Source: Lama guanicoe
Lineage: Eukaryota
Length of the DNA: 64,000 bases
Direction: 5' to 3'
Assembly (NCBI GenBank): GCA_013239625.1
Contig: MU054220.1
Span: forward strand, 3,473,374 to 3,537,373
Below the pieces are notes generated by a model. That model searched no databases and was not told where the DNA came from. It was given only the letters and a program-made list of their open reading frames with translations. A program made the translations under genes and the position numbers. This document shows positions 36,801-51,234 of this stretch, piece after piece. Every line of letters starts with the position of its first letter. Positions within the stretch are counted from its first letter, which is position 1.

Positions 36801-39499
36801 TTCGGGGACGTCCCCTGCCTGGATTGGGTTTCTGAGCTTGTGGCAGAGACCAAAGAGCTGTGTAGATGCTGTCCTTTGAGAACCCTGCCTCAGGTGAGAT
36901 GGGGGTGCTGGGGAGGGATCTCACTGGGCTCCGAGCCTCTTTCCACTCTGGCTGCCCCTAAGTTCCCAGTGTCCAGAATAGTTCCCGGCACGGAACTATT
37001 CCACAGGTGGTAAATGTTAGAAGAAAATGAGTGGGAGCTGGAGGGTTCCAGGGCCTCCTCACAGCGACCTTATCAACCTACTCTATGAGGCAGCTTGGTG
37101 TAGGAGTCAGGAACGTGAGCAATCCAGTGAGGCAGCTTGGGTACGGACTGTGGCTCCGCCACTTACAACTGTGTCCTCTGAGTAAGTCATTTCACCTTCT
37201 GTGCCTTCAGTTAGCCCTCCGTAAAATGGGGATAATAATAGTCCAAGAGGGTCGCTGGGAGCCAAGTGGTAAGCTGTCAGTAAATAACTATTGGCCTGAG
37301 CTCTTCCACCCATTCACTGACCTTAGAGAAATTCCTTCCCTTCTCTGAGCCTCAGCTCACCCAAGGTGGTTAGGTTTGATTCTCTGCTAGAACCTTCCAG
37401 CTCTGGTATTCTGTGCTAGGAAAATTCAGCATTCCTGCAAACTCTCAGAGCTGGGCCACAAAGCAGCACCCCAGCAGGTCACAGGGGTCTCTCTGCTGAA
37501 GCACTACCATCACTGAGGTCACCACAGACCCAAAGGTCCATCATAGTAAAACCATTTCGTTCCAAATTCCTTTGGACCGGCCGAGGCTCATTCACTCCAA
37601 ATTATAACCCAAAGGCCCAGGAACACAGCTGGAAGGAGCTGGCCCTCAGGGGCCCCTCTGGGGATCCCTGGGTGTCCTGTCCTCGCTTCTGAGAGCGAGC
37701 AAGCGGGGCTTACCGCGGGCGTCTCGCTGCGGCTGGCGCCCGGGCATCCAGCTGGCAGAGCCATTTCCATCTCTCTCACACGCCCCCGGATGGGAAATGA
37801 TTCATGAAAACCAAGAAGGTAAAATTAGCCCAAAGGCTGCCGAGTAATTTATGCAGCCAACAGCCCCAGGAGGGAGGGAAGGCCCCTGCTGCCAGCTCCG
37901 TGTGGCCTCCTGGGGGCTGGTGGAGGCCAGCCTGGCCGTCAGGAGCCTCTGCCTCTGGGGTCTTCTATTTCTGGACTCAGCCTCCAGGACTGCTGGCAAG
38001 GCTTCCGGAGCTCTCTCTGACCCTTGCCCCACCCACTCAACAGATCCGCAAATGCCACTGGGAGCCGGCTAAGTGTCAGTGGATTGCTGGGAAGACACAC
38101 ATGCATTTCATCCTCACTTCAACCTTAGGGAGAAAGTTTCACCTCCTCTGTTTTATAGGTGAGGAAACTGAGGCTCAGAGAGGCCAAGTGGGTGGCCAAA
38201 GGTAAGTGGCAAAGCTCGAATTCAAACTCGATCTTGTGACCTCCAAAAGCGGTGCTTCCCCAGACACAGGGTGCTGTATGCCCAACCCTGAGTTCTCAGG
38301 CTGGGGCGAGGGGGGCGGACCCGGCGGGGTTCCCTGGCAAGTCCCACCACGCCCTGTCATGTGCTTCTCACAGTCTCAGGACTGTCTAGGATCAGAACCT
38401 TGTCCTCGATTCCAAGTCCAGTTGTTTCAACTGGCAAGGTGGAGAGTCCCCAATATCCCAGTTTCTTCGAAAGGGTTTGAAAAAAATGCTAGTCTGGGTC
38501 CCGAGGCATAAATCATACCCCTAAAAAGGAGGGAAAGAACAGCAGGTATCAGCAAGCCCCATGGTCCCACTTCATGGGGCCGTACACCAAGGTCCAGAGA
38601 GGGGAAGGAACTTACTCAAGGCCGCACAGCAGAGCCTGGGATGGAACTGAAGCTCCTGAGTCCTGCTGCAGAGAACCTACTGTCAGAGCTGTTCACAAAG
38701 AGAGCAAATCTGAATTGGGGGTGGGGGGGATTCCCTGCACACAGGGGTAGCTGAGGTGGGAGTCACCCAAGACGTCCAGGGGCCCTTGATCTGGTCCTGC
38801 CCCAGGCATCTGGCCCACTTCTGCAACCAGTGAGCAACTGGCGAGGGCTTCTCACCAGGCAGTAGGTGAGGCCGTCTCAAATCCCGTTCCACACCTGTGG
38901 GAACTGGGGTGAGTCACTTTGCCTCCCCAAGCCTGGAGGAAAGATGGACGTGGGAAATTGACAAGAAAGCGTGTGTGCGTGAACCACCCAGGGGGCTGTG
39001 AGTGTCCCAGAGGAACGCAGGGGTCCTGTACGAACTCGGTCACAGTGCTCACCCTCACCCCCTCTGGCCCCTGGCTCTGCCCGAGGAAATCCAAGGCCAG
39101 CCATGAGTGACACCCCTCACCCACCCATGCAGAGAAGTTGCCTCTGTCCCCCAGGGCGGGCAGCTGTGCGCCGGTGAGACAGCTCAGAGCAGCACCACCC
39201 ATTCCCAGGACGGTTCAGAGCAGCTCAGAGGCACCGTCTCCCCAGAGTGACCGCAGGTGCCGTGGCCCGGTCCTGAGCTCAGCACTTTCAAATATCACCA
39301 CCCTGGACCCTCCCAACAACACTGGAGAAAAGGTAACTGGGTACTCGTTTTAGGGACATTCAGAGAAGCTGAGTCACTTGTCCAAAGTCTCACATCCAGT
39401 CACACAATTATTCACTTGACAAATATGAACCAAGTGCCCGCTGTGCATCAGGCGCTGTCCCAGGATGAGACAGGTGTGTTGTGGCCCTCCTGGCCATGA

Positions 39500-39730
39500 G
39501 AGGCGTTGTAGTGGCTCACTGGCAACCTCCAGCCACTCTTTCGGGATTCAAATCCCAGCTTCAACCCCCTATGACCTTGGGAAGTCACCTCTCTGGGCCA
39601 CGGTTTCCTCAATAAATGGAGAATAATAATGGTTTATACCAGGAGGTAATTCTGAGGATTAAGTGAAGTATTACAGGTTACAACTTAGACTAGCACCTGG
39701 CACATAGTAAATGCTCAATAAACATGGATA
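39500..39730 (+). mobile_element. MIR (other copies near 9420, 25590, 37140, 38060, 40320, 41030, 45590, 48620, 50120, 52740, 57680)
   Basis: ggattcaaatcccagct..tgaccttggg..gtttcctc..gaggattaagtga..gcacctggcacatagtaaatgctcaataaa. Confidence 0.85.
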
Positions 39731-41469
39731 GTTATTGTTGAACCAGGACGCAAGCTCACGTCCCTCCAACCCCAACACCCACGCTCTTAACTCTAAGCTA
39801 GGCTGGCTCAGTTTCTTGGGTGTGACCCAGTAGCATGGCCGGTGAGGGTCTACATCTTGATCAGGAAGTGGGTTTGAGTCCCCTTTCTGCTGGCCGCCAG
39901 TTCAGCCCAGCCCAGCCCCTGGGCCTTTCTGAGCCTCTCTTTCTCCACTCTTAACATAGCCCCATGATGGCTGCTCTCCTGCCTCCCTGGAGAAGTACCC
40001 AGAGTCCCCAGTGTTGCTGCAGGCCCCTGCCCACACCACGGGACAGGCCCAGAGAGCAAGGCCAGCTGAAGCAGCCACACTCTGCCCTCTGCCACCTCTG
40101 GCTACTAAGAGGGTTTGTGTTTAGTGCTGGGGACGGGCAGGGCCCCAGGCCAGCCACCGTGCTTCTTGCCTCTCAGGAAATAATCCCAGCCCTCTGTGCT
40201 CACTCACCACAGATGCCACTGACCAGAGGGCAAGAGGTCAAGCAGGGCTGCCCCGCTGGGCACTTTCTGCCAAGACTATCATGTTGGGTAGCCTCGCGTA
40301 AAAGAACTGAATGAGGAGCCAGACAGCCCAGGTATATTCCCAACCCTGCCAGAGGTTAACTGTGTGGCTTTGGGAAAGTCACTTAATGTCTCTGGGCCTC
40401 AGTTTCCACATCTGTGAAACGGCTTTGACCAGGCTGCCTACTTCACCAGGTGGCCGTGTGGAGCCAGTAAGATGGTGACATAAAGGTGGTTTAGAACCTG
40501 AAAGGGGTTGAGGGGGATGGAGGTGTGAGAGAAAGAGCCCAGGGGCCACCCTTTCCAGCAGCACTACCCATACAGTCACCTGCAGAGATTCGTCCCAGGG
40601 GCTGAAAGGTAAACCCAGGTCTGGACCAGCCAGTGTGGCCCAGAGGGGCCCCTGAGCTCTCAGGGGAGAGGTTGGCCCCATGCTGCTTGCTTCTCCTGCC
40701 CACCACACAGGCCAAGGGAGATCAAATCCCCGGCCACAACAGGTCCCATTGAGAGCTGGCAAATCTGCTCAAGGTGTGGGTTACGTTACGCCACCACCGC
40801 CAAGCAAAGGGTCAGGCTGACCTCCTTCCCTCCCTGTAGGCCCCGATCCAGAACCTGCAGGGCCAAGCCGGGCAGAAATCTGATCACCCACTGCATTCCC
40901 AGGCAGCAGTCTCCTCTGGGAAATCAGTGGACAGTGGGATGAAGCCATTGTAAAGGCTGGAGCCATCCTGGGTTGCCCACAGAGGTGTGTCTGGAGCTAA
41001 TGCAATCAAGAGACCCCAGGCCAATATTATTAGGATGTTACAAGGTGCTTGGCGCAGCATTTTGCACTTTGTGTGTGTTATCTTACTTGGTTCTCAGAGA
41101 AGCTCTATGATAGAGATGTTACTGTCATGTCTATTTTACAAAGGATAAAACTAGGCACAGAGAGGTTAAGCCGAGTTCCCAGAAACACCAGGATTTGAAG
41201 CAAGGCATTTGGACTCCAGAGTCCACTTATCACAGCAGCCACCCAAGAGTGGAGTTATTCAAAAACACGCCTTTTGAGTAAGGGGAGAAAAACCTAAGTG
41301 CGAAAGGGAAAAGGCTGCGGGGGCCATGGCCACTGATTCCAGGTCTCTGGGGACAGGGAGGGAGCAGGGGGCCAGGAGCAGACATTCCCCCTGGCTAAAA
41401 AGAGATTCAGGAATACTCAGGGACCCACAGGGGGGCATTTGGTTCTCTGCAAAGTCTCAGTGGATAGAT

Positions 41470-42000
41470 GTTAAATACTGCACAATACTTTTTTAAAAAT
41501 GCAACAGGCTCCCATAACCCAGCAGTAGCTACTCTAAATATGACCAAGGAGGCAAAGCAATAAAATCAGAAGTAACCTAAATGTCCAGCGGTAGGAGAAT
41601 GGCTAAATAAGTGATGGCCCTCTCCACTGATACATACACTCATTTCAAAAAAAAAGAAGGAAAAGAAAAGAAAACAATTGTGGTAAACTCACTATGTAAA
41701 ACTATGACTAGATTTCCTAGATCCAATGCTAAGTGAGAAAAACAATATGCAGAATGAAACCATTTGTTTAAACACACACACACACACACACACAATAATG
41801 GTGCATATTCCTGTAGGTTCTGTGTGCAATGTGTAGACAAAGGCCTATAAGGTTATTACCAAAGTAGTAACAGTGATGATTAACCTTGCAGAGGAGGCTG
41901 GAATGTTGTGGTTCTCAAGAAAGAAAATATTTCACCTTTTAAATAATATGTTTTTTAACAGCAAAGATGTATCTGTATATTCCTTACATAGTTAAAACTT
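41470..42000 (+). mobile_element. Old L1ME-like 3' fragment with (CA)n
   Basis: aacctaaatgtccagcggtaggagaatggctaaataa; tgctaagtgagaaaaa. Confidence 0.6.
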
Positions 42001-45000
42001 AGCAAAACAGCATTAAAAAGACACAGTGAGCTGTCTTGGGGACCGGGAGCTGCTGGTCCCTGGAAGTGTGCAGGCATCTGCACTGGGGTGGAGGGATGTA
42101 CCGTGAGGGGGTGGGTCTGGCCTTTTTGAACCTCAGAGCCTCATCAGGAGAGTGGGAGCAAAGCCCTCCTGTCCCCACCCACCATGAGTGGCTGTAAGGA
42201 GCACAGAGCACCAGACCCTGCAGGAGGGACAGGTCAGGAGTTGTGGCCCCTCAGTGACCCAGTCAGAGGCACGCAGGTCAGCTGCTGAGAGTCTGTCTCC
42301 TGCAGTCCAGCTCTCCCTCTCCCCTTCCCCTAGTAATTCCTAGCCCCAGCCCTGGGTCCAAGCAGCCCCCATGCCCCTGGCCAGCATGCCTGGCCTCAGC
42401 CTCAGACTCCCAGGATGGGGGCTGCGCCTTTGGGAAGACCTCACAGTGGGGACAAGAATTCAGGAAGGAAGGAGGAGGAAGTAGATGTAAAACGCTTATA
42501 GGGCTGACTGCCTCTGACTGTGACACTGAACCCAGATGACAGCCCAGGCCACACAGTGAGCCCTAATTCCCAACAGGCTGAGCTTCAGTCCCAGCCAGAC
42601 CCCTAGCCCTACTCAGGCACTGGCTCCTGACAATATAACCAGCGAAGATCCATGAAGCTCTGAATTTCAAGACAGCTTTGGAGTCAAGAAGAGAGCCAAG
42701 AGATATGGGTCTGGGACCCAGCTCTGCTTCTGACTTCCTATAAGCCCTTGACAAAGTCACTGACCCCCATGGAGCCTCAAATCCCTCATCTGCAAAACAG
42801 GCTCACAGGATCTACCTCCCAAGCCTGCTGTGTTGATGAAGTGAGATATTGTCCACTTAGCCCCTTTGTGAGCCACACAGAGTCCCACAAAACACAAGGC
42901 CCCATCTGTGCCATGGACACAGGGCACTGAGAAAAGGAGGTGGCAACTTCTGAATGTGCTACAAGTATGGGAGCCCAGGGGCAGCCAGAAAGGAGCCCGT
43001 TGCTGGCCCCAGGCAGGGACCAGGAAGCAGCAGAGGGATTCTCCGGGAGAGAAGGGCGCAGGAGGAGACAGGAGTGAGTCCGAAAGGGCAGTGGAGCCCT
43101 TCTTGGCCACTGTCCCAGGCTGAGGGTCAGGGTGCTCTGGGAGGGCAGGGAGCCACTGGCAGGTGCCAGGGAGGAGTCTGGTTTCTACCTGAATCTGGGG
43201 GAGCGGGCCCCTGGGAGCCGGGCCAGCGAGTCCTCGCCTCACCGCTGGCCCAGGGAGCCAGGGCAGACAGACAGAGCTACAAGGGCAATCAAGGGAGAGG
43301 AAGAGCAAAGTTCGGCCGCTGCCAGAAGTTGAGACAGGCTGCGGCCAGCAAAGGGCAGGCCTGGGAGGACTCCACCTGGGAGGCAAAGCGGCTTGGGTCA
43401 TGCAGAGCAGGCTCAGGGGCCTGCGAGGAGAGGGGAGGGCCCTGGAGAAGCAAGAGTGGAAATCCTGGGCTCTGGTGGGGGGTGGGCAGCAGGACAAAGC
43501 CTGAGGTGGGTCCAGCTGCCCCAGAGCTGCCCAGGCCTCCCTCCCCCACTGCCAGGGCTTTGGCAATACTGAGCCCAACATGGGACCAGCCCATGGGACA
43601 GGGAGCCAGGGGGTCCGAGGACTTAAGCCACAAGCCTCCAAGCAAGATCAACGACAGCATCCCAATGACTCCCGCGAACGCCTGCCCAGCCCCATCCCGC
43701 AGGATCCCCGGCAGCTGGACTTCCCGCTGAATGGCAGCCAGACAGCCCAGCCTGCTGTGGGGCCCAGCTGACAGGGAGCTGCAGGGCGGGAGCCAGAGAC
43801 TGGGCCACCCTGAACAGGGCCCCGAGGAGGATGGTGTAGGTGGGGCTGGCAGGAGAGGCGCTTCCCACAGCTCCCTCCTAGGCAGGCTGCTGTGCTCCCC
43901 GTGGACCTGTGGCCACACGTAGGCCCAGGTGCACTGTGGTCTGTTCCCAGGGACCCCAGAACAAGGCAGATCACCTCCTTTTGGGACAGGAGGCTGCGCC
44001 AGAGCTGAGTCTGCCCTGACACACGCTCTCTGCTCCCTTGAGCTGGCCCAGGTTGGGACACCAACTGTTCCACACCAAGTGCCACAAATGCAGGCCTTGC
44101 CCATCACAGGGTTCGTGCAGGAAGCAACTTCAGGCCCCCGTTGACTGCTTACCTCCTAAATGGACCCCACACCATCACACACCAGGCTCCTGGTGCCTGG
44201 CCAACACCCCAAACTCAGCCTCAGACTACAGGCCTCCCACCCACACTCCCAAGCATGGCTCTGGACTCCTAGGGCGTGGCTGGCACAGCCCCTGTGAGAT
44301 CACAGCACTGGCAGCTTAGGGCAGTGGGGACAAGAGCGTTCTGCCTTGGCCATCCAACCACATCAGATGCCGACCACTGAACAGAACAGACTGGGAAGCC
44401 CTGCTGCTCACGCTGAAGAACTGCCTGCCTGTCCAGCCAGGACTGACTCCCAGGGCAGCCAGGCACCTACAGAACTATGGGGTCTGCCTACCAGCAACTC
44501 ACTGCACTGGGGACCAGGGAGCAGCCTTCCTCAAGGCTGAAGACTAAAAGGAAGCCCCCTAATGGCCCTTTCAGTCCTGTAAAGCACCTACTCAGCCTGG
44601 ATCTCATCTCCCACCACAGGACCTCTGCCACCAAGACAGTCTTCAGCTCTCAGATCCTTAGCCTGGCATTCGAGGCCTCCCTGGTCTGGCCCTAACCTGC
44701 CTCTCCAGGGCCATTCTGCCATCTCTTCTCCAAACACCCTGATCACCTGCCCTTCCCTGAACCATCAGATCCTCACGTTGCCTGCCTTTGCACATACTGT
44801 TCCCAGTGCCTAAAATGTCCTTCCTTCTTCCTCCACCTGGCAAACTCCTACTTCTCCTTCAAGGCCCAGCTGGACGTCACTTCTGGGAAGCCTGATCACA
44901 CTCTCCCTCCCCCACCACCAAGGAAGAACACTTGCTCCCGTCCCCACCAAGTCCCTGAGCAGCAAGGCACTGCCTACCTTCAATCACAGTTAGGATCTGG

Positions 45001-46194
45001 GCCAGAGCTGCTCAAACTATTTGTGGTAAAGAGATTTGTTTTTTTTTTAAAGTTTTCCAGTCTGTTGCCAACTGACGCTTTTGTTAATTACAATATAAAA
45101 TGACGCTGCAGTGTCAGTGAGTTTCTCAACAGTTCTCTCAGTGTCTGTACATGTCTCGCTGCAGACTAGTCACACAGAGATCACAGATGGGCAATGGTTG
45201 GCAGACCACCCTCTCCATGGCACTGTTGGGGCCCTGCCCCTGGTTTTCCCAGAGGGACCTACGTGGAGGGCCCATCACATTAGGTTTATATTTGGACCTC
45301 CAGAGCCTAAGGGGGCACTCTGTGAACATCAGCTGACCCAAGTATTGGATGGGAGGGTCCCAACAGCCCTGTAACAGGGGTAGTACCTGTGCTAGGCATC
45401 TCCATTTCACAGATGAGCACATAGGAGCACAGAGAGGGTGACTGGCCTGATTTCACAGCTGGCCCACGCTGAACTTCTCCGAACTGCCCAGCACCACGGG
45501 GGCAGATATTTGGAACCTGCAACCCTCCAGTCCACTCTCCCTCCCAGCACAGGCTCCTGACAGCATTTCCCACTGCAGTAACAGTGAGGCAGCCCCATGC
45601 AGGAGTGAAGAGCTCACTCTCCAGACTCAGACCAGACCTGGGCTCAAATCCTGGCTCAGCCTTTCATAGCTGTATGGCCTTGGGTAAGTCATCTGACTTC
45701 TCTGGGCCTCAATTTCTCCTCTATTAACTGAGACTAATAACACGAGTTGGGCAGCAGGCTTCAGGCTGAGTCTATGCAGACCTATAGGTCTCATTCAGGT
45801 TTGGCTAATACTGATGTTTATGAAAGACCTGGCATCACCCAGTCTGAAACTCTGACCTGGACCTTCCCTTTCTGCTCACCCTCCCCACAAGACCCAACAT
45901 CTTCTCTTCAGGGCAAATTCTTCCCTGGTTGCTGAGTTTGCCGATTTCCTGGAAGATCTCATGGCCCTGCCCTCCCCTGCCCCAGGCTAAGGGGCTTCTC
46001 CCTTCTATCCTGCCTACCTTCCTGGAACACCTCAAGCCTCTGATCCTCTTCACCTCCTCTCCAAATACCAGCCCCCTCTGGAACACAGCTGGTCTGAGGG
46101 GCAGCCTTGCACCACCCTGGGAAAATGCCCCCTGTTTGGCTGGGTTAGGGCAGTGAAAAGTTAAGTTGTGAGGTCGAGTCAGGGCTGCAACTCC

Positions 46195-46275
46195 NNNNNN
46201 NNNNNNNNNNNNNNNNNNNNNNNNNNNNNNNNNNNNNNNNNNNNNNNNNNNNNNNNNNNNNNNNNNNNNNNNNNN
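46195..46275. other. Assembly gap (81 N) abutting a C15 run
   Basis: Directly visible. Confidence 0.99.
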
Positions 46276-48457
46276 CCCCCCCCCCCCCCCGCTCCGGAGC
46301 CCACCCTCCCTGTACCTTGGGCCATGACAACGCTGAGTTCATCCTGGCTGGGTCACAGTCGGCTGCCCCCCCAGGAGGCTCACTCCCTGCAGGGGCTGAG
46401 GGTCCCATGGGCTGCTCCCCGTTCCCCTCAGCCGTCCCGGAGCCTCCCAAGCCGGCCATCTCCATCCCCTGGGCATCGGGCAGCAGGATCCCTTCCTGGC
46501 CCTCAGCACTTTTCCTTGGGGAAAGTACGAGATAGTGGAAGAAGCCACTCTGGGAAAGCTGACATTGTGGGGGTGGTTCCATATTTACATGCTCGGTGAC
46601 GTCCATATCAGCCCAGCCCAAGACAAGCTAATCTTCCTGCCTGCTGGGCCCTTTCGCCCTCAACCCCGCCCAGAGAAGGAGCCCCCTGGTCACCACCTCC
46701 TCCCGCCCCAAGGTCCCTCATGCACGGTACCCGGGGGCTGCTGCCTCTGACCCCTCGGGATGGGGTGAGCTCCTGTCACTGAGGATATTCAAGCTGTTCA
46801 AGCATCGGCTGGACATCCTGTCCTTTCGAAGGGGAGGGCCCAGAGACTAAGCCAAACACTCTCAAAGGTCCCCATTCTGTCCTGATTCTAGGAAGAGGGG
46901 GACAGGCGTACAGAGGAAAGGATGCTAGATTTGGAGGTAGAATTTTAGCTTGGTCACTCTCTAAATTGTATGACTTCCAGCAAGTCACCTCCCATCTCTG
47001 AGCCTGTTTTCCAGCTATAAAATGGGGTTCATGAGAGCCGGCCTGTTTGCCTCGTGGGACAATGAAAAAAGGATTTGGGAGAAGAGTGACATTGGGAAGA
47101 GAGTCCTGGGTTGCCCTTGAGGATCAGGTAGGGTGGGGAAGAGAGAGGGGTGGAAGGGAAAGCCCTAGAAGGCCCTGACGGCTCCAGAAGCCCAGGTGTG
47201 CCTCACTTTGCAAAGGGGTCCCCACCCCTCAGCACCTACCCCTGACCTGAGGCTGATGCAGGGAGCAAGACAGCCAGCAGCCCTCTGTCCTTCTCCACCT
47301 CTGCTCCCCTCATCCAGAGACTTTCCACTGGAGGTCCCTCATCTGTCCAGATGTGCCGGCAAGATTTGACCCATGAGGCTCCTGGGTGGGAAGATGGTCC
47401 TGAAACTGGCTGTGTAAACCGAGAGCTTAGAAATCAAACCAGGGTTTAAAGCAACCAGGGGACCTGCTGGGAATTGTTACATAACACAAGCAGGCGACCC
47501 CTAAAGTCTCCTGGGTTAATGTGGTCTTCTCCAGGTGATTGGAAAGATTAGTTTATAGCTGTGTGAGCTGAAGCTAGTCACTTAACCTCTCTGAGCCCAA
47601 GTTTCCTCATCCAGAAAAGGATGTGGAAGAGGAGCCATTGTCAGGTGATCAAATATATGGTTCTCCTAAAACATGGTCCTGAAAATACGGAGGAAAACGT
47701 TTTCTTCCACAGAAGGTAGTGCAGGACTGACATTACCCTCCCCAATTACAGAAAGGGAGACTGAGGCCCAGGCATGTTTGACCTTGAACATAAGCCTGTG
47801 GTGAGTGTATAAGTGTCTGAAGGTGTGGCCAGGTCACCTTTAAGTAGAGAGACCCCCGTGAGTCACTCACTCTCTCATAGCCAGGTACCACTGTCCCCAG
47901 CAAAGGGCACAGGATTATTTCTGTGCCCTGGGGCATGCCTCCCTATGGTCATGACCTCACACCCAAGGAGGTGGCCCCAGAGCTGTCCCTGGGCCGCACA
48001 CTGGTACTCAGTGCTGCTTCCTCTGGACAAGGCCAGCACTACTAATGATTCTCACTTTGCAGTTGAGGAAACAGGCAACCCCAAGAGAGGGAGCCTCTGA
48101 CCCACATCTCAAAGCCGCCACTTGGAGGAGCCGGATGAACCTGAGGGCCACGCCCCTACTCAGGGCCCAGCGTCTCCACCCACACACTCCCCTGGCTCCC
48201 TCTCAGCTCCCCTCTCCCCATCTTATGTGGGATACTTACGTGGCTACTCAGAAATGAAGCCAGACACGCTCTAGGAAGCCTGCAGGCCCCAGAACTGTGC
48301 CCCAACGCTGAGCCTGTGTGGAGGGCCGAGTTCTGGCCCGCCCCCTCCACCTTTCCTCTTGGACTGGCCCCCACCACACCCTCATCCTCATCCTCTCCTA
48401 CCTTGATTACCCTAACAGCCTCTGAATCGGCCTCCCTCCCTCCAGCCTCACACTAAG

Positions 48458-48478
48458 CTGCTGCTGCTGCTGCTGCTG
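48458..48478. repeat. (CTG)7 intronic trinucleotide repeat
   Basis: Directly visible. Confidence 0.9.
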
Positions 48479-48824
48479 ATCTCTGGGACCTGGATCTGTT
48501 CTCCACGTCAGCTTTCTCCTCATAAAACCCTCTGTGGCTCCCAGAGGTTCCCCAGACAGACTGTAAACTGCCAGCACAGCAGTCCTAACCTTTTACAACC
48601 TGGCTGGGACAGATCATCAGGGTCAGGCGGAGGGCTCAGGAGCCAGGAGACTGGGTTCAAATCCCGGCTGTGCAGCTTACCAACTGGGAAACCTTGGGCA
48701 AGTTACTCCACCTCTCTGAGCCTCGGTTTCCTAAAGGGTAATAATAATACCAATATCAGGGTGCTGCTGGGAAGAGTAAATAGAAAATGCACGTGAAGCA
48801 CTTTGCGCATAGTAAGTGCTCAAT

Positions 48825-49200
48825 TCATTCACTCATTCCACGAATATGAGGCCTTACTAGGTACCATGCACTGTTCAGGTGACACTGAACAAAACTGACA
48901 AAACTCTCGGCTCTCTGGGAGCTTACAGTATCATTAAAGGAGGCAGCCAAAAAACAACATAAATTGGTAAAACATAGTACATGTTCTTTGCTATGTACGC
49001 AGGTGAAAAAAGAGCAGGGAAGCAGGGGGAAAAGGGGGCAGCGGTTGCAATTATAAATAAGAACATGCCCACAAGAAGGTGACATTTGAGCAAATCCTGG
49101 GTGCAGGTGAGGGAGTCTGCCATGGAGATGATGGGTAAGAATGTTCTAGCAGCAGGAACAACCAATGCAAAGGCCTTGAGGCAGGATCAGGATTGGTGCG
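48825..49200 (-). mobile_element. L2 3' fragment (similar pieces at ~50655-51170, 51710-52300, 56440-56960, 59000-59380)
   Basis: cattcactcattc..gagcttacag..agaaggtgacatttgagcaaa..tgcaaaggccttgaggcagga. Confidence 0.75.
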
Positions 49201-51234
49201 TAAGTCATAATATTATCATCATTATTATTCTCCTTCCAGTCTCATCTCCCTCCAGATCCTCCCTGACACACACTCTCCAGCCAAATGAACTAGCTAAGCC
49301 TCTCCAAACCCTTCTGGGTGCCCATGCCTTTGTACAAGCCACACTCCATGCTGGAATGCCTCTTCCTTTTTTCTCCAACTCCTACTCATCCTTCAAAACC
49401 CAGCTGAAAGGGCTCCTCCTCAGGGAAGCTTTCTTCAACTTAGAGCCAATGGCTGTCTTCCTTGCACCCTTCTGCTATAACTTCTAACTGCCTGGTTAAC
49501 TGCCCACCTTCCCCTGATGGTCTGTGAGTTTTGGAGGGGCAAGGACTGGGTTGCACACTGCACCCCCAAGCCTAATACAGCACATGGCTGTGTGCACTGA
49601 CCATGTGATGAGTGAAGAACTAAAGGACACCCCAGGCCTCTCCTTTACACCTTTACAGAGCCTTAGTCCCAGGGACACCACCACAAGCATGCCTGCCTCT
49701 GTGAACATTGGCCTTTCCAACGCAGATACAAATCTGCAATAGGAAACAGGCTTTTTAAAAATAACAGCACATTTTTCTTTTTTCTTCATTGTTTTCTTTT
49801 TTTTTTTTTTCTTTCTGCATGGCTTATTTTTCCGGTGCAGCCCTTGGGCCAGCTGCAGGGACCTCCCTCCCAAGCCCCATTGTACGAACCCAGGGCTCTG
49901 GGGCCTCTAAGGACTCCCAGGCCCCAACAGGGATGGAGATGCACCAGATGGTCCCAGACCAGCTCTGGCACCAAGGCCACCAGGAACCCTCCTGCTCAAA
50001 GTACAAGGTTAGGTGGGTGTTACCTCCTGGAAACTTTATAATCCCATGTGACATTTTGAAAGGGGCTTCTCCTTGGTCGGTTTGGGGGTTCCCTGCCTTC
50101 ACTCTAAGAGAGCATGCCTAGGGAGATGGCATCAGACTGCCAGGGTTCCAACTTGGTCAACCCATTATGTAACCCTGGATCTTTTACTTCACCTCTTGGG
50201 GCCTCAGTTCCCCATCAGTGAAATGGAAATAATAATACCTACCTTGTGGAGCTGTTTTCTGCATAGGGTATGTGACATGCTTAGGACCATACCTGGCACA
50301 CAGTGACCCTCAATAAACGTTAACTGCCTTCATCATCATTATCTTCATCTTCACCCGCCCTGGATCTCCTACTGTGCAGCCCCTTTGCTGAATCATATAC
50401 TCTCCAGAATAGAGACCTCAAGGGTCTAATAAATCTCACCGTCTTGGCCCTCTTTGAATTTTCTCTCATACATCCCAGAAACATGGTCCTTCTGGGACAT
50501 GAGGAGCTTAGAATCTGTACTCTAGGGGCTAGTCACTTGGCCTGCCGTGCCTGACACCTCCTTCTAGCTAGACCCACCTGCCCACACCCTAGGGAAGCAA
50601 CATTCATTAATCCTGTCCTAGACCCCCAGCTCACCGTAAGCCAGCAACCAACGCTCAGAGATTCATTAGAAGGTATTCACGGAGCAGCACTCGTGCACAG
50701 ACACTGGAGACACAGCAGCATGCACGAGCCAGCCCAGGCCCTGCCCTCGCAGAGCTTATGGTCTGATGAAAGAGTGAATTGCAAGCAATAATTACACCAA
50801 TAAATGTAAAATCACTACTAAGATGAGTGATACAAAGGGAAGGTACATGGGGCCATGAGAGGGGAGTTCAACTGTAACGGGAGGGTCTGACCTCATCAGG
50901 GAGGGCTTCCCTGAAGAGGTGATGCTGAAGCTGAAAGATAATGAGAAGGCCTCCCAGGGAGGAGTGGACTGCATGGACAGAGCAGAGGGGACGACATGAG
51001 AGCGCCATGTTAGGCTAAATACAGTAAATGGAGGGATGCAAGATGGTGTCCCCATAGGGTCTGGCGGGCAACTTAAGAATTTGTCTTTCTCTGAAATACA
51101 GTGGGAGTCCCTGAAGGTTTTTAAGGCAAGGGTTAATAGATTTGTTTGTCAAAAAAATCACCCTGGCTGCTGAAGATGAGCCTTCGCAAGACTGTGTGTG
51201 TGTCTTGTCTCTGCCCGGGATGCTCCTCTAGTCC

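Noticed and set aside
42757..44107. ORFs of 258-294 aa in intron 1
   Set aside because: Overlapping on both strands in GC-rich DNA; no recognisable protein or convincing exon structure.
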